Shown here piece after piece: positions 26,301 through 37,869 of a stretch of DNA of 64,000 nucleotides. The notes below the pieces were generated by a model. That model worked only from the letters and a program-made list of their open reading frames with translations, made no database searches and had not been told where the DNA came from. The DNA comes from Sphagnum compactum (Eukaryota): the NCBI GenBank assembly GCA_965153455.1, contig OZ234494.1, positions 6,572,001-6,636,000 of the forward strand, given 5' to 3'. Position 1 is the first letter of the stretch, and each line of letters begins with the position of its first letter. A program made the position numbers and the translations under genes.

Positions 26301-29300
26301 GAGGCTTAGGAGTTCAAGGAGAGGGTTTGGGGTTTGGTTGCTAAAAGATGCCTCATTAGTTGATTCATTTTGAGAAAAGAAACCATGAAACTTGAAATTT
26401 TGGGGAGGTTGCAAAGGTGCAATGCTTGATCATGCAATTGAAAGAAAAGAGTAACACACATAAAACCAAGAGAGAACTCGACTTAAGAAGATGCAATTAA
26501 AGTTTGATTAAACCATAAACCCCTCAATCATGAAACATGCCCAAAAAAAAAAACTCAAAAGTTTTGGACTCAAGATGAAACACATATAAAACAAAAGAGC
26601 TTAGAGGATTCAAGCTCAAGAAGAATTAGGATGCCAATTGCAAGTGAAGGTCAATTAAACCGTAAACCTCTTGATGTGAAACACACAAAAAGTTCGATTG
26701 AACCCTAAACTTTGTGATCGAAACACACATAAAACTATATGAACTCAGAAGACTCAAGAATATACATCATGAGATTGAAGTTCAATGAAACATATAGAAA
26801 ACAAGGAGAGTTCAATGGATTCAAAAGCAAGTTGAAAGACAATTGAAACTTGAAAAGATTGAAAAATTGCATAGTACCTAAAACAAGGAGCAATTGGAAA
26901 TCTCATCGACACCCCCCATTGCAAAGCTTGAAAACATCGCACAAATCCAAATTTTGTTTGACTTTTGCAACAAATTTGAAGTTTGTTTCATAGTCCAGAC
27001 AAATCTTAACTATATTTGATAAGTTCAAAATCAACAATCATGATTCACAATTTGCTACTTAACAATGAAATTTGAGAAGCTTCAAGGTACTACATTGTAA
27101 CTTTTATGTACACAACACACACAAAATAGATTTTGCAAACATGCAATTTGGTAGTGCATTGTGCAAGCATAAAAAAGAAGAAGTTACGGCTAAGAACCTA
27201 AGATTGTTTTACATTGAAAGATTATTGTTAATCATGATTTGCAATAACTATGTAACATCACCTCACTAGCATCTCACCTTCATTCATCATGAATTTTTTC
27301 AAAACTTCCACGGACTAAATCCAAATTCTATTACTAGCACCTTAACTATATAATATATGCCCAATTGAAGGTACATAACCAACAATGGCAAGATGGCCCC
27401 TTTAATGGCCAACAACAAGTGACAAAAACTATGTGTAATGCTCGTCACATTTTTGGTGAAGGATGAAAACAATTGGTAGGCATTGGCAATATTGGATGGC
27501 TCTATGACACAATTTGGCTACAATGTTTTTTGCAAGCATGCCACATGCAACAATGGGGATGAAGATTTAGGAGAAAGTGAAGGCAAAAATTGTAGCCATT
27601 TGGTAAATTTCTTTCTTTTCTACCCTATTTTCTAGGCATAAAGGTAGGAGGAAAACATTGTAGGTTGAAATTTGGCAAGATTTTGCCACTAAAAAAAAAT
27701 GTTGGTCACAACACTTCTAAAGCAAATATGGTGTAATCAACAAGGAGGATGGGGATCATTCTCCACCACTATTCATTTCATAGTATAACATGTTCTAATG
27801 AGTGTTTTTTTTGTGGGGACAAAATAATTGGGAATTTTCTTTTCCTATTGTAAATTCAATGGATTCTGCTATTTTGGGGAAATATTGGCTAAAATTTTGA
27901 TAATAAGAGCCCTAGCTCAAATGTGTGTGTGTGTGTGTGTATTTTGTTTGTCAATTTTCTGATGTAGCATTATTAGTGATTATCCACAAAAAAAAAAGTT
28001 TAGAGTTGATTGGCAACACATTTATAGAAAGCTCTCCAAACTATAGAAAACTGGTAGAAAAAAACTGCCCAAAAATAAGAATTGTGTCAAAATGTGATGA
28101 AATTTTCCCAATACAAATTTGTTTCCTCAAAAAATTGGTAAATTTTCCTTGGTGGCATACTATTCTTTTTTAGTTTCTGGAAGGTTGAAATTTTGTGAAA
28201 ATTCACGATGAAAAAAATAAATCACTGGTTCTAAGCAGTGTTTATTTTTGGTGCAAAATTTTTCAAAAAAATGTAGCCAAAATTGTGAGGGGGGGGTGAT
28301 TTCCTTTTATCATCACTAGGTCTAGTGATGAAACATGGCTGTAATAGCATTCTTCATACAAAGGGGTTCTAATGTGAGCAGGCAAGGGCATTGATACCCA
28401 TCCAAGCCAAGTATGCATGTCAAAACTAAAAAATAAGTGTATTCTAAATGGGTATTATGACTAGAAAGATAATATTGAGTGGAAAGAAATCTGTAACCTG
28501 GATACATCCTTTGCTTATTTTAAAGTACACTTGCCAAATGAAAAGGTTTTAAGCCTTACTAAATCACAATGTGAGGTTGCATTTATCACTTTGGAAATAT
28601 CCTTCGACCAATTGCTAAATGAAATTGCAACATTATCAACAAGATTGCGCAACTGAGACAAGCTCATCATATACATCTTGGTTCAAGGTGCCATAACAAT
28701 TTATGACCCCATTGGCCTTCTAAACATGCTTCATACCGATGAAAAATCAACATTTGGACTAAAAGGGTAGGACCATGATAGTTTCAAAATTATGCTAACC
28801 TAATCAATGTCTATTTCATACTAAGGTCACATGTTTGAGATAATAAGGTTTTTCACAAAAGAAGGAAAACAAAACATTGTACATAGGAAAAAAAAAAAAA
28901 CTATTTTTTAAAAAGTACATTGACCTTAAATAGGGCATGAAATTATTTTTGACTCATTAAATTTATCCTTAAAATAACCTTGTCTTTGGGCCCCTCCTCT
29001 TCGATTAATTTTTTCTTTTCTTTTTTTTCAACTTTTAATGTTAATTGTCTGCAAATGAGAGCATACTCAAAACAAAGAGGAGCAGTTTTCTCATAAAGGA
29101 CAATAAAGAGCAACAAAGTCCTTTTCCTTTTACAAATATCTTTATTATTGTTGATGGTAAAATTAGTTTCATTTTATGTTTGTGTGAGTTCGCTAGCCTA
29201 TCATGATTTTTAAAAATAAATTGGAGGAATCATGTGCAATAAATGAAGATAGTCAATATTTAACACCTATCATATATATATATATATATTGACACCTAAT

Positions 29301-30942
29301 CTTAATAATTTTACATCCAATTTATTTACCTCCAAGAAAAGTTAATAAGGGTCAAAAAGCACCCAAAAGCAAGGTAACTTGAGAATAAGTTCAACCATCT
29401 CCAAAATTGTGTGGACATTTTCAACATTTATTCTTTCTTATTTTGAGATCAATTTAATGTTGCTTTCCATTGATGGTTTTGTTGAATGGAATTTTTCACA
29501 AGGCCCTTCAAGCATTCACATTTAGATACAATTGCATGTATTGAAAGGATGCTCACTCCCCCATGTTAGGAGCACCCCTTGATATGGAGGCATTGCCCTT
29601 GACCTTCCAAATGACTCCCTTCAATACATTGGAACAACATGAAAACTGGAATGGCATGTGGACAACAATTTGTCAAAAAAAATAAAATAAATAAATATAT
29701 ATATATATATATAGGGGTTTTTTAAGCTCAATTTTGTAATAGATTTCAAGATGAGGTTTTAGAAAGCATTGCCAATATAGATGTTAGATGGATGATACAA
29801 GGTTGGTCGCAATGAACTTAACAACTTCATGAGGAACATTAGACAACTAGGTCTTTGGATTATTTTGCAATCCCACGTTCATTCAAAGATTTCACAAAAC
29901 ATAGGAATATTGTATTGTCGCAATGAGCAACTAGGTAGTAGGCCATTGTGCTGGTGTCCCAAGTATATTCAAACATGGTCTACCCATCCCAATACTATTT
30001 CAGTCAAAGTGGGCTTAACTTTAGAGTTCTTATGGAACCTTGTTAAATTAATTTAAATTTAATTTCCTGAGATGAAAGTCATTCTAAATTCAATTTCTTT
30101 TGCTCCATTTGGTCCAAAATTATACCCGCCATGATATCAAGTATGTACCAATGTTGTTTGGTTCATTGTTTTTATAAAAAAAAGCTATGGTCTCGGGTTT
30201 TTTTGGGGGGGGGAAAAACTTGACAGAAGCTTTAGGTAAGGTTTTCTACTATTTTTCAATTATTTGATAGCCTCCAAATAAGGTTATTTATAAATTTCCA
30301 AAATATAATGATTTTTTGGTAGAGGGTATTTTTTTTTTAAAAAAAAATAGAGGATTTGTGAAGAAAAAGGGATTTTTGTATTGTTTATTTATTTATCAGG
30401 AGTAGGAAGTAAAACAACAATGAGCAACGAGCATTTGATTCTAATGAAATGGTCAAGAGATTTTTTTTGTGTTTTTTTTTTCCTTTGCAACATTGGCTGG
30501 ACAATGCAATGACATAAGGTGCTCATTGTTTTTGTCGAGAATGGAAAGCTCGACATGGTGAATCAAACAAATCACAATCTGCATGGTTTAATTTTTACAC
30601 CACAAGCTCATTCACAAGCTTGTTCTCTTGTGTCTACACATGCCAGTTATGACCTCTATGGCCCCCCTCACTCACGGCTTTCTTTGCAATGCATTTTTGG
30701 GTTCCCATGGTCCCCGGGATAAAAAAACACCTCAAAGGCATCAGCTTCTTCAACTCCATTGTAGGTTAACACAGTAGTATGGGCCCACTTTAGTAAAACC
30801 GAGGATAACATTGTGAATTAGAGGGTAATTAGAGTTTCCGATTATTTAGCCAGTTTAGGTTTAGGGTTTAGGTACAAGGTTGCGATTATTTAGGGTAGAG
30901 GTGGTGGGTACAAGGTGCACGATCTTCTTCATACTTGGAATC

Positions 30943-31301
30943 AGGCCCACTAGTTTTTTAAAATGCCCATATGAATAACCTTTTAACACTAGCATATGCT
31001 TGCTTCATATCAGTCAGAAATAGAGCAATCCTATTGGATGAGAGCCATAAAATTGGACCTACAGCCTTTAGATGAGAGTCTAAGACCAAAAAAGTGGCAA
31101 ATCCTGGCTAAACCTACATGGCACCATTTTGGAGGGGAAATCAATTGGTTCAGACCAAAAAGGAGAGCTCAAATCGAGAGCACATGATTTGAAGACCCAA
31201 GATGCAAAGCTAGGGTCCAACTCAAGAATTCAATTCGCTTCAAATGAGTCCAAATTGGTTCCTAGGAATTTGGGCACTAGACCCCCATCTAAAGTGGGCC
31301 T
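30943..31301. mobile_element. MITE-like element with 9-bp terminal inverted repeat AGGCCCACT...AGTGGGCCT
   Basis: TIRs at 30943-30951 and 31293-31301. The internal part (31075-31301) is repeated at 31835-32076, which ends in the same AGTGGGCCT. Confidence 0.65.
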
Positions 31302-31834
31302 TCATATATTATCCGAGCATTGCAAGATACAATGGCTGCTGTGTAGGGCCTAGGACAACATAATTGGTTTGTGCCTCCTCACCTCTTTGGAGCTTTATGT
31401 TTTTAAATTGATTTTTGGTTTTTTGAAATTTGTAATGTCGACAAAGTGGAGACCCAAATTTGGCTATTAACCAGATATGAAACTTTAAAAAATTAAGGAT
31501 CCTTCTATATTCCTTCTTACCTACTAGGACATATTACAACAATCTGGGAATTTGGATATTTCTCCAAGGAATATGGGCCAATTTGGGGTTTTTTTTTTCC
31601 ATGAAAAATCCTCTTAATATGGCAAAAAACAAAATTTCAAGGTTTTAAAAAAAAGAGTGAAAAATCACTTCATGGCACTAAATATTGAAAACTGCTGTTC
31701 AAATGGTGGAATTTTATTATAATGTGATGAGAAGGCGCTTTGGAAAAAAGCTTAAAGATTGGACTCTAGAAGACCAAAAGTGATGTCCAGGGATTTTTCC
31801 AGGCATTAAGTTGGTTGGTCCCAGGGCCTTTAAA

Positions 31835-32076
31835 CGAGGGTCTGAGACCCCAAAAAAGTGGCAAATTGAGGCAAAACCTACATGGCACCTGTTTTGGAGG
31901 GAAAATCAATTGGTTCAGACCAAAAAACAGTGCTAAAAGGAGACCTCCTGATTTGGAGAACCAAGAATGAGGCTAGGGACCAAGGTACAGTCCAACTCAA
32001 GGTTTCAATTTGCTTCAAATTAGTCCAAATTGGTTCCTAGGAAATGGGACCCTGGACCCTCCTCTAGAGTGGGCCT
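31835..32076. mobile_element. Second, partial copy of the AGGCCCACT-TIR MITE
   Basis: AAAAAGTGGCAAAT...AACCTACATGGCACC...AAATCAATTGGTTCAGACCAAAAA...TCCAAATTGGTTCCTAGGAA...AGTGGGCCT is shared with 31075-31301. Confidence 0.65.
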
Positions 32077-32335
32077 TAGTAACTCATCCACACCCCCCAA
32101 TGACAAGGCCAGCCTTCTTACGTCTGGACCCATTCACACTTTAAATCCATTCCAAAAAGGAAGGTCCTTCATAAGTCCAGACTCCAGACCCATCCAAGCT
32201 ACAACTCCATGCAATGAAAGAGAGACTTAAGCCTGTGATTGTATGGGAGTATTTTTCTCACTTATTTAGTAGAGCTTAGGCAACTACTTTCATTAACTTG
32301 GTCTTCTTCACACCGGGAGTCACTCTCTCTTTGTG

Positions 32336-32859
32336 CACTGTTGGGCGGTTCTTTGATTGTGTTAATAACCGTCAGATCTGGGTATTTGAAAAAAAGAAAC
32401 AGAACTTGAGATCCGTCGGTCCTGGTTATATTTCAGAAAGCCCAAAAAAAAACTGCTGAGTTTTTCCCACGAGGGAACCTCACAGAAAGATTTGCCAGTG
32501 TTCAGGGCGGTTATTTGACTATTTTCATAAAATTTGACAACCGTGGTTATATATCGGAACTGGGTACTCGATTTTTTTTGCTTCAACACTGCCAGTGTTC
32601 AGGGCGGTTATTTGACTATTTTCATAAAATTTGACAACCGTGGTTATATATCGGAACTGGGTACTCGATTTTTTTTCTTCAACACTGCCAGTGTTCAGGG
32701 CGGTTATTTGACTATTTTCATAAAACTTGACAACCGTGGTTATATATCGGAACTGGGTACTCGATTTTTTTTTTTCTTCAACACTGGGGTTGTGAACCTT
32801 AAGAGCCGTGCTGAAACTCAAGTGGGTTTGGTGCAGTTTCTAATAACCGCCCAACACAG
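32336..32859. mobile_element. MITE-like element with TGTTGGGCGGTT/AACCGCCCAACA inverted termini, containing a 96-97 bp triplication
   Basis: Inverted termini at ~32339-32350 and ~32845-32856. Related ends at ~24875-24890 (CCCGCCCAACACTG) and ~34532-34548. Confidence 0.65.
32494..32786. repeat. Near-perfect tandem triplication, 96-97 bp unit
   Basis: GCCAGTGTTCAGGGCGGTTATTTGAC starts at 32494, 32591 and 32687. Copies differ mainly in poly-T length and one or two substitutions. Confidence 0.95.
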
Positions 32860-33196
32860 GTCTTGTGGTCTTGGCTGAGAACAGGTTTCCAGGTTCGGGT
32901 AAACAGATGGGGTTCTAGGTCCCAAGCCGGTTCTAAGTCTGAATCTGGATATCATTATTATTGTTATTATTATTGTTCCAATTTTTATAACCTGCAGTCC
33001 GGGGACCAGGAACCAGCCTGAGAACGGGACCTGAAACCAGACAACACTGGTCTAGACTCTGATGTATAGTCTGGTTGCTCTCTCCCACTTGTTCAACTTC
33101 ACCTGACTGCTCTCACTACTGTTGCAAACCAGGCTCTTGGGTTTCCAACACCAAAGACTGTAAAAGTACTACTTTACTGACTTCACATAATAGAGA

Positions 33197-33616
33197 AAGT
33201 TATCCGTAAAGTAAGACAAACACAGCACTAGAACCCTGAGTTTGGTCATACACACGGTGAGACTGAAAAAAAACCTGCAAAAAAGTACATTAGCATTAAG
33301 GAAGGGGGGGGGGTGAAACTCAGAAAACGATGAATTTGGGTGGTAAACTGAGTTTCATCCTGTCTTTCCTTTTTTTCCAAAGCGCCTCCACTGTTGCTAG
33401 ATATATTTTCACTGCTCTTACCTATCCAACTGCTATAATTAGTCTCGAACCTTGTGCATTAAATGGCTGAGTTTCAGCATTTCGTACTCAGTTCCAGCAT
33501 TTCATACTGAGATTTAATAAAATGTCCTTACTTTGCGGACACCACTCAAAGAGGGGATAGGGTGTGAAAGGAGGCCCAAAGACAGGGTGAAGACAGGGTT
33601 ACTTTACAGATAACTC
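33197..33616 (+). mobile_element. MITE family A, copy 2 (Tourist/PIF-like, ~18-bp TIR)
   Basis: Left end AAGTTATCCGTAAAGTAA and right end TTACTTTACAGATAACTC|TAA form an imperfect inverted repeat. Core shared with copies 1 and 3. Confidence 0.75.
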
Positions 33617-36404
33617 TAATGTACTCTGATGATTACTGAGCTTCTCCTTGGACAGGTACATAATACCTAACATTTAAGTTTATATTAAATTCATTTCTAT
33701 ACATTATTACAAAATGTGGGTGCAATTCATTCGTCCTTGTTCTATTCAATGGACTGGTGAATCCATTGGATCCCCAGTAAGCCCTGTTTCGTAACAGGGA
33801 TCAGTGAATTCACTCAAGTGATTATCATCCATGGGAAGAAGACGTTTAAAAAAATGATGATCATCGTCCCTACTACTGTAGGAATATTTAGCCAAATCTT
33901 GCTATAAACCAGAGATGGAATACAAATCTTTAGTCAACTTTCAATATTAATGGCTACGCACTAAGAACCAAATATAAAACATGCAGGTGATTTTTACATT
34001 TTTTTCCTGACTTTCGATGATTGAAATTGTCCCAAAATCATTTTCCAGCACTAAAAGGGGTAAAAAGGCGTGCTGAAGCTCCGAGATTAGACTAAGACAA
34101 AGGATAAGCTTTACTCGAACCTGCATTTTTAATATCACTTTTTGACAAAGATTTTTCCAATACAAAAAAGCTGGATTAGATTTCAGTATTGGGTGGGTAT
34201 TTGATTTTTTTATTACTTGCCAGTATCCAATTTTTCATATATTTCAGACTCAGAGGACTGCTAGTTCTATTTGTTTGAAACAAAATGAAGGGTCAGAGAA
34301 CTGGCAGTTCTGGTTATTTCAAAAGTGTCAAAGAACCAGAGGTGATCACGAAAGAATTGGTCAAGAACCGGGGGTTATAAAGGAGGTCGGTCATTTGATT
34401 GTGTTTGATATTTTTTTTGAGAACCGTGGTGGTGCATCACAAGTGAATCTTTGATTTTTTGAGCACCAAAGTTATGAACCATTGTGAGAACCGCCTTGAT
34501 AATTGCTAGGGTCTGTTCCATCCGTTCCTAATACCGGCCAAACACTGGTAGATAGTATATACCTGGATGGACTCCATAGTAATTCGTATTTGCAACCCAA
34601 TATGCACACCAAGGTGTTTTATAGCCACGTACTCATTACATTTTCCTGGTAGATGGGCAAATCCTTTTAATTTTGACAAATTTTCGCCACTTGGTGACAA
34701 AAAAAAATCCAGTGCAACTCATGCAAAGGAATTTTCTGGGGCCAAAAAAACCAAATAATAAAAAAATAAAAGTGCAAAAGTCACCAGATTTCAAGGAAAA
34801 AATGTCTCAAATCGCCATATTTAGACAATGGGTTTTAGCAAGTTGCCAAAGTGTAACATAATTCTTTTTTTAATTCTAATTTTCTCTCTGAACTGTAGCC
34901 AAATTTGGTTAATTCCTCACTAATTTCTCTTGTGGACGATCAATCACTAGTGTGGCCACATAATTAATTAATTAATTAATTAAAAATTAAAACCCTGGAC
35001 GTGCACCATGATACATATTTGTTATCAATAGATGGAGAATTTTCTAAGGGAAGATTTCTAGTTACTGTTGTTGAATGGTGGTAGTTCAACTTGCATTTCC
35101 TTTAGCCTTGTGGAAAGTCTAAATGTTTTGACTGCCTTTGCAAGTGTTTTGGGGGTTGGTTCAATTGCAATGGGGCCCCTGGTAGTTAGTTGTTTACTAG
35201 TAGAATTAAATACCAACAAAGCTGATAAAATTGGTCAGAGCTTAAACATGTCACACTAAGTGTGGGAAACTTAAGTAAGTACCTAGTGGGCTTCTGAATC
35301 CTTGTGTGGGGGATTAAGCTCGGAAGCACTTTGTGGTTAACTTAGGCTTGCCTGTTATTGTTGTTCTCCATCTTCCAAGGTGGCCCTGAAACAACTTCTT
35401 GAGCTTGTCAGAGAAGAAGTCAGTCAACTGAGTATCAAAGAATTGCATATACGAGAACCGGTTATTAGGGTTCGTGTTTGTGGTTTTCACAAATATCGGT
35501 TAAGATCTGGTTTGGGTCCATACTAACTAGAATTGATGGAACTGATTGGCGTTATTAGGTGATGGTTTAAACCCTAAACCCTAACCCTAGCTGAGTACCT
35601 TGAAATTCATATCGGTATGGTGGCATTCGCCATTTCTTGCTAGCTTACATGCATAGCTTGCCAAATTTGTGTCCTTTTGGGGGATATCATGGAAGGAAAC
35701 TCCATGTACTCCAATACTATCACCTCATTCACAGGATGCACTAGTGTTAAGTACCATCATGTTCAGAGATTTGCTCTTGGCTTCTGGATTGAGCTGTTCA
35801 CAATTCTCAGTGATTTTGGGTACAAAAACTTTTCAGTGATGAATCTAGTCTTTTGGATGTTGAAGAAAATATGCACCATCCTGTTGGAACTTTGGGAAGA
35901 TTAGGTCAGGTTCTTCTTGTACTGTTTTGTATTTTGGAACTCGGAAACCTTCCTCGCGCTGTTATGTGAAGGGTGTGGGGGAGGGGGGCTGTTGTCTCCT
36001 ATTGGAAAAAACAAGGGGTGTGTGTCACACGATGACCTTGCCATTTACATTAAAAAGTATCTTAATGCAAAAGAAGAATTATGAAAATTCAAATATTTCA
36101 CCATGCAAAAATATAATCTTCAAAAAAATCCTCTAAAAGAAACCAAAATCCTTCAAGATGTTATTATAACTCTGTAACTAATCTCAAGTTCCAACACAAG
36201 CCAAAATATCATCTTTCAGAAATCCTCATATAAAAATAGAAATTACTACATAGGGGCCAAAATCCCTTATGCTACTATACTCTATAATGAATCTAAACAC
36301 AATATCATTGTCTCTTTCTTCTCCTGAGGGGGAGGGACAGACCCAATAAATGAAACCCAGTGCAACTGTAGACAAAATTGCAAAATGACCTGATGCTTAC
36401 ATTA

Positions 36405-36775
36405 CAGTTATCCATAAAGTCACCCGATTAGGGGGGCCAGAACGGCCAGTTTCGGCATAATAGGGCATCAAACGCGTAACTGGGAATGGGAATGATTTTT
36501 TTTTCAAAACGAGATAACTGGGATCCGAACAAACTAGGTTTTCCACCAATTCTGGAGTTTCATCCTGTCTTTCTTTTTTCCTAAGCGCCTCCACTGCTGC
36601 TACGTATATTTTCACTGCTCTTACCTGTACAATTATTATAATACTCTCAAACCTTGTGCATTAAATGCTGAGTTTCAACATTTCATACTGAGATTTTATA
36701 AAATTTCCATACTTTGCAGATACCACTGAAAGAGGGGATAGGGGGTGAAAGACAGGGCGACTTTACAAATAACTC
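36405..36775 (+). mobile_element. MITE family A, copy 3
   Basis: TTA|CAGTTATCCATAAAGTCACC ... GGCGACTTTACAAATAACTC, with the shared core sequence. Confidence 0.75.
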
Positions 36776-37104
36776 TGCTACACTTCATGTATTTGAGAAA
36801 ATGGAAAGTTCACCAAGAGCTTCATCAACCTTTCAATAGGAAATAAGTATATATATTACAGTTTTCCTTAAAGTCATGCCCTGTTGGGCCTCAGTTTCAC
36901 CTCTTATTTGGTGCCTTATCCCCTTTTCACTGTTGTCTGCAAGGTCCAGCAATAAGGACCAAACTTTGAAAACTCAGTATGAACATGCTTTCAACAACTC
37001 TTTTATCACCCCACAGGCTGCCCACCTAATAAACTATGCTATGTTAGGGTTTAGGGCAGTCCAAGGAGCCCATGAGTATTATAGACTAGGGGTTATGACC
37101 AGAT

Positions 37105-37450
37105 AGGTTACTTATGGCTATATGTGACTATATAGTGTATGTATGGTTATTTATGGTACATAGACTTTATATGGCTATGTATGGCTATATAGATTTTATA
37201 TAAGTATATATGGTTATCTATGGTTATATGAGGTTCTATAAGATTGCATGAGGTTACATAGGATTTAGGATTTGAGATTTTAGGGTTTTGTTTGTAAGTT
37301 TTGTATTTGGTTTTTTCAGGGTTTGTCTTTGGTCTTTTTAGGGTTTACAATTAACCTTTGAAACTTGATATTTGAGATTTCAAAAAATTTTATTTATAAT
37401 TAAATTAGTGACTGATCTTTAGGGATTAGGGTTAGGGTTTAGTGGTTTAC
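37105..37450 (+). repeat. Low-complexity TATGGC-like ~10-bp repeats followed by a degenerate TTTAGGG-like tract
   Basis: TATGGCTATA/TATGGTTAT variants at 37110-37260; TTTAGGG/TTAGGG variants at 37260-37445. Confidence 0.6.
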
Positions 37451-37869
37451 AGGTCTAATTGTGAAGGGTTGGGTAAAAGGTGTATGCAAAGTTTGAAAAG
37501 CATGGTGAAACTAAGTGCTAAGGATGTTATATTAGACAACATGATAGGTTTAAGGGAAGATTCTAGGGCTATGGCTCATGGGGACTATATAAAATGGAGA
37601 AAGAATTCAAACTAAACTTTTCTTTTCATTTTCATTTTATCACAATAAAGTTTATGTTCTCATTTTCCCTGTAGCACATCAAAGTTTCTCTTTTCACCAT
37701 CACTTTAGCACATTAAACTATTTCTTTCTTTTCATTTTCACTCAAGTAAACAAGATGTCATCGTTAAGTTCAAGCCATGATTATTTCTCAAATGATGATG
37801 AAATGTTGTTTGTTGAAAGGGACTAAGAAGTTGTTATGTTTTTCCAATGTGCTTTTAATGCTCTCAACT

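Noticed and set aside
29560-29990. Fragments (KVGRNELNNFMRNI, KIS..KT) faintly resembling a Crypton/tyrosine-recombinase domain
   Set aside because: Too short and frameshifted, and the catalytic residues are not identifiable by eye; needs an HMM search.
32494-32786. Repeat array resembling CRISPR; ORFs 32525-32821 and 32534-32878
   Set aside because: Whole units are repeated with no unique spacers, the context is eukaryotic, and there are no cas genes. The ORFs are by-products of the repeat.
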